In this document: positions 60,687 to 64,000 of the stretch, in pieces
Layout of the letters: each line of letters begins with the position of its first letter
Position numbering within the stretch: the first letter of the stretch is position 1
Assembly: GCF_003918875.1 (NCBI RefSeq)
Contig: NW_025766012.1
Location: 1-64,000 of the forward strand
Length of the DNA: 64,000 nucleotides
Direction: 5' to 3'
From: Haliotis rubra
Taxonomy: Eukaryota
Notes under the pieces: generated by a model
Database searches by the model: none
The model's input: only the letters and a program-made list of their open reading frames with translations
Told to the model about the DNA's origin: nothing
Position numbers and translations under genes: made by a program

Positions 60687-63600
60687 ATGGTCGGTCTCTG
60701 TGTTCTGGTCGTTCTCGTCACCCTCGCCTACGAGGCAGTTGGAAACGTCATTGTGTACCCACATGCCAAGGGTCCGGCGGCTTCCAACAAATTCAAGGTG
60801 TATGTGAGTCAAGGCGGAAGGAAACATGAGAGTTTCACGTACATCAGCACATCCGACCAACGTTCCCACGAAGCATCCCATGTCCACCCAGGACGGTCGA
60901 TGTCCTTCACGTCATTTGCCTTCACTGGTGGTTCTGTGACGGTGGAAGTTCACACCCAGCGCAACTTCCACAACTGCATCGTCAGACCCAAGAGCTACAA
61001 CTACCACTGCCGCAGAACGGGAACCAAGGTTGCCCAATTCACCGTGTCAAACACCAAAAAGTGGATGTCCGTAGAATTTGACTACGACTACGGCAGCAGT
61101 AACGGAGGCCCCGACATAACTGACAGACTACTTGTGTTCGCAGATCCACCCGAGACACACAAACCAAACAAGAACGACAACTCTGTTCTGTATTATGACG
61201 TAGGGCTTCACAACCTGAACGGTCAGAAACAACTGGATTCACACGTAAAAGAAGTATACTTAGCACCAGGAGCATATGTTCAGGGTGGATTCAAGACCAC
61301 TGGGAACCAGCCAGTGAAAATCTATGGCAGAGGAATAGTCTCTACTTCTATATACAAGTGGCACGATTCAAGGTTTGAATGGTCAATAATCAACATGGAC
61401 AAGGGACATTCTCACGTAGTTGAGGGGATCATTATGGTGGATCCTGAGGAATACTTCTACCGTGGACTGAGCGATCACAATACGGTGCGTTATGTGAAGA
61501 TGGTTGGATCGTGGGCCTTCAACTCCGATGGTGTTGGTATTGGACATGATGGACTGGTGGAGGACTGCTTCATCTCTGCAAACGATGATGCACTGAAGGT
61601 TTGGGATTTGTTATTCAGACATTTGTTTGATGTTAGAGTTGAACGCTGAATTGTACATGACTCAAATAGTGTCCTAGTATCAAATTAAAATGACGTACAA
61701 AAGAAAGTACACACCTGGTGCTTTTGGATTACTTTCTAAAGAACGACGTAAATGTTTTGAAAAGAGTTTTTACACTTATATATGTCATAGACTTTCCTAA
61801 TATGTTGCCAAAACACCACAGATATCATGCCCAATTGCGAAGTTGCCAGTCAAAATCACAACACTTTTCAAACAATCCCAAAACACCAGATGTGTACTTT
61901 CTTTTGTACGTCATTATAGAAAGGTCTTATGAACATGCGCTGTGAATATACAATGCCATTTAGAAAGTGGTCAAATGTAAAACGTTATATTTGGGATTTA
62001 AACTTTCTCAGTAAAAGTATAGCTTCTAGTACTTTTGTTAGGTTCAGTCCCATCCGGGATTAGAACCCACACTCTCAGAGTCAGGCACGTAATTATGGAA
62101 TCCTGGAAGGGACATTGTCGCGTTGTCGCATTGTCGCGTTGTCGCCCTCTCAAATACAAGCAAAAATTAACCAAACGCGACACGCCGATAACGCTGACAT
62201 TTAAATCGCCCCATTTGTCGCATTGTCGGCGATGTCGCTTTGAATAATATTATTTTTATTCCTCCAAAGGGCGACACGCGACATAGCTTACATTAATTTT
62301 CTTTAGGTCAAATAGGTCGCGTTGTCGGCGCTTCGTGTTTTAGTGAATTGTTAGGCTTCTTTTCACACATCTTAGATAGGGCAGGACGTTAGCGACAACG
62401 CGTTTACATATTTTGACCTTGAAAATTGTCGCTATGTTGTCCCCTTTGGAGTTAATAGAAAAGTATTATTCAAAACGCTAACAACGACATCGCCGACAAT
62501 CGCCACAAATGGGCGAAATGTCACTTTTCGTATCTGATGTCGCTGCAAGGTCGCGCTTTTGGTTTATTTTGCCTCACTTTACTTGTTTTGAGAGGGCGAC
62601 AATGCGACATAGCTGAATAATGTCCCCTTCTCGGATTCCATACGTAATCACCATCATTACACAAAGTCAGCCAACTCAGCCACCACGGCTCCCACCAAAA
62701 AGTCGGACAACTGGTAATCTTGATCACGAACTTTGTCTACCCGTCTGACAAGTGTAAAGTTACACGGTTCCTACACACAAGCATGAATACGCAATGCTAT
62801 TTAGAAATATACGTTATTCAGGTATTTAGACACAGATAGATGGTAGAGAACTGTGAGGAACGTTTACACAACAGTAAATAACTCGTCTCTAACAATGACT
62901 GGTTAAGTCTCCTTTGTTGTATGGATGAGCAAGGTTTTACGTGGAACACTACTGACGGATGAATAGGGTTCAGGGAACAGTTCCCAGACATGATGAGATG
63001 ATTCCAAGGAAAAGCACTGTCCGGATGAACAGCCTTCGATGCATTCTTTCAATTACAGCCTATAAACACATGTAATATAGAACACTGTAAATGTTACTTC
63101 CCATTTGAGTAATGTATAAACAAAACTGGAACGTGTTTGTTATGTTTAGGTATACACGGACAATATGGTGGCGCAGAGGGTGGTCATCTGGCAGATGCAG
63201 AACGGAGCTGTCTTCCAGAACGGCTGGTGGAGCGGCAGAGACATGAAGAAGGTCAGAATCAGCGACATCGACGTCATTCACACCGACTGGTGCACTTTCA
63301 AAGGTTCCAACTGCCAGATCAGCGACAACGATGCAGCTTTTTGATCTCGCTGGTGACACAAAGCATTTTGCCATGAAAGGTGATGCCTTCATCTTTACCA
63401 ACATTAGAGTAGAAGGGTCTTGTCCGCGTATCGTGTACTGGAAGATGGCAAACGGGGCATCGGGTACGGCTTCCAACGTCCGCATCGTCAACTTGTCAGT
63501 GGAGTCGCAACCTGGCCACGACAGCCTCCACAACGAGATTGCAGGGAATTCTGGAGGAAGGGTCACCAACTGGCAGTTCAACAACTTTAAGATTGGCGGT

Positions 63601-63696
63601 AAATTCATCTCCAACCCAGGCCAGGCAGACTTTCACATCGATGCCCACACTACCAGCAATATCCAGTTTCATTGTGGAGGATCTATCATAGGATAA
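60687..63696 (+). CDS. GH49-like glycoside hydrolase copy E; exons 60687-61598 and 63150-63696; single +1 base near 63338-63342, probably functional
   Basis: Signal peptide MVGLCVLVVLVTLAYEAVG; VYLAPGAYVQG, GRGIVS, NSDG, NDDALK|GTTTGG...TTTAG|VYTDN..WQMQNG..GWW..DVIHTDWC; ends CGGSIIG*; ATTAAA at 63732. Confidence 0.88.
62000..62700 (-). mobile_element. tRNA-derived SINE head split by the 62094-62642 MITE
   Basis: On minus: A-box-like TGGCTGAGTTGG (~62670-62682) and B-box-like GGTTCTAATCCC (~62056-62067) on either side of the MITE. Confidence 0.55.
62094..62642. mobile_element. Non-autonomous DNA transposon with TAT..ATA termini and 6-bp TSD (IS3EU-like)
   Basis: TIR TATGGAATCCTGGAAGGGACATT / AATGTCCCCTTCTCGGATTCCATA; TSD CGTAAT at 62088-62093 and 62643-62648; internal TGTCGC repeats. 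Confidence 0.75.
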
Positions 63697-64000
63697 ATCT
63701 CAGAAACAATGGCTTCAATGCATTTTGTTACATTAAAGACCTCATTAAAGCTTCTTAAAAGTGTTAAGTTCGATGATATCTCGAAAATTATGCATCAGTG
63801 AAAAATATAATGTCGGATGCAGGTCTCTATCCATACCTCGATCAAATGTTCCAGAGGTGTTTCGTACTGTTGCAACCCGTGGGGCAGGATACACTACTCA
63901 CTCTTTTGCAAATACTTAACACACTATTTGATAGTGATTCATAGACACATGTATCAAACAATTCTGTCTGGCGTCCAAAATCACACGCATAACTCAGAAC

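Noticed and set aside
43161-63696. Bacterial contamination, or GH28 polygalacturonase identity, for the hydrolase cluster
   Set aside because: Conserved GT-AG introns containing host TEs argue against contamination. The GH28 G/SHG and RIK motifs are absent and a GH49-type N-terminal domain is present.

Overview
Eukaryotic, repeat-rich animal genomic DNA with spliceosomal GT-AG introns, tRNA-derived SINEs and two N gaps. The SINE families resemble those I recall from abalone (Haliotis) or related gastropods; that host assignment is inference. From left to right: (1) 1-14953 is the right part of a Polinton/Maverick (adintovirus-like) endogenous element. It is frameshift-riddled, but integrase+chromodomain, penton, basic core protein, major capsid and adenain protease are recognisable in order, and it ends in a CRE-rich terminal region with an ACTACT terminus. 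(2) 15057-22113 is a BEL/Pao LTR retrotransposon with a 48-bp coding minisatellite in gag, followed by a 22-bp minisatellite. (3) 25684-27009 is an uninterrupted ORF fusing a Ras/Rab/Roc-like small GTPase domain to a QACQG caspase catalytic domain. (4) 31297-42630 is a young Gypsy element with ~2-kb LTRs and an extra C2H2 zinc-finger ORF3. (5) 43161-63696 is an alternating-orientation cluster of five two-exon genes for secreted GH49 (dextranase/isopullulanase-like) beta-helix glycoside hydrolases. This family is normally bacterial or fungal, so the cluster is probably a horizontally acquired, intronised and expanded digestive-enzyme family; it is interspersed with SINEs, MITEs, LINE fragments and an LTR remnant. 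The best candidates for undescribed biology are the GH49-like cluster, the GTPase-caspase fusion and the Gypsy ORF3. Many frameshifts look like assembly error, so pseudogene calls are provisional.
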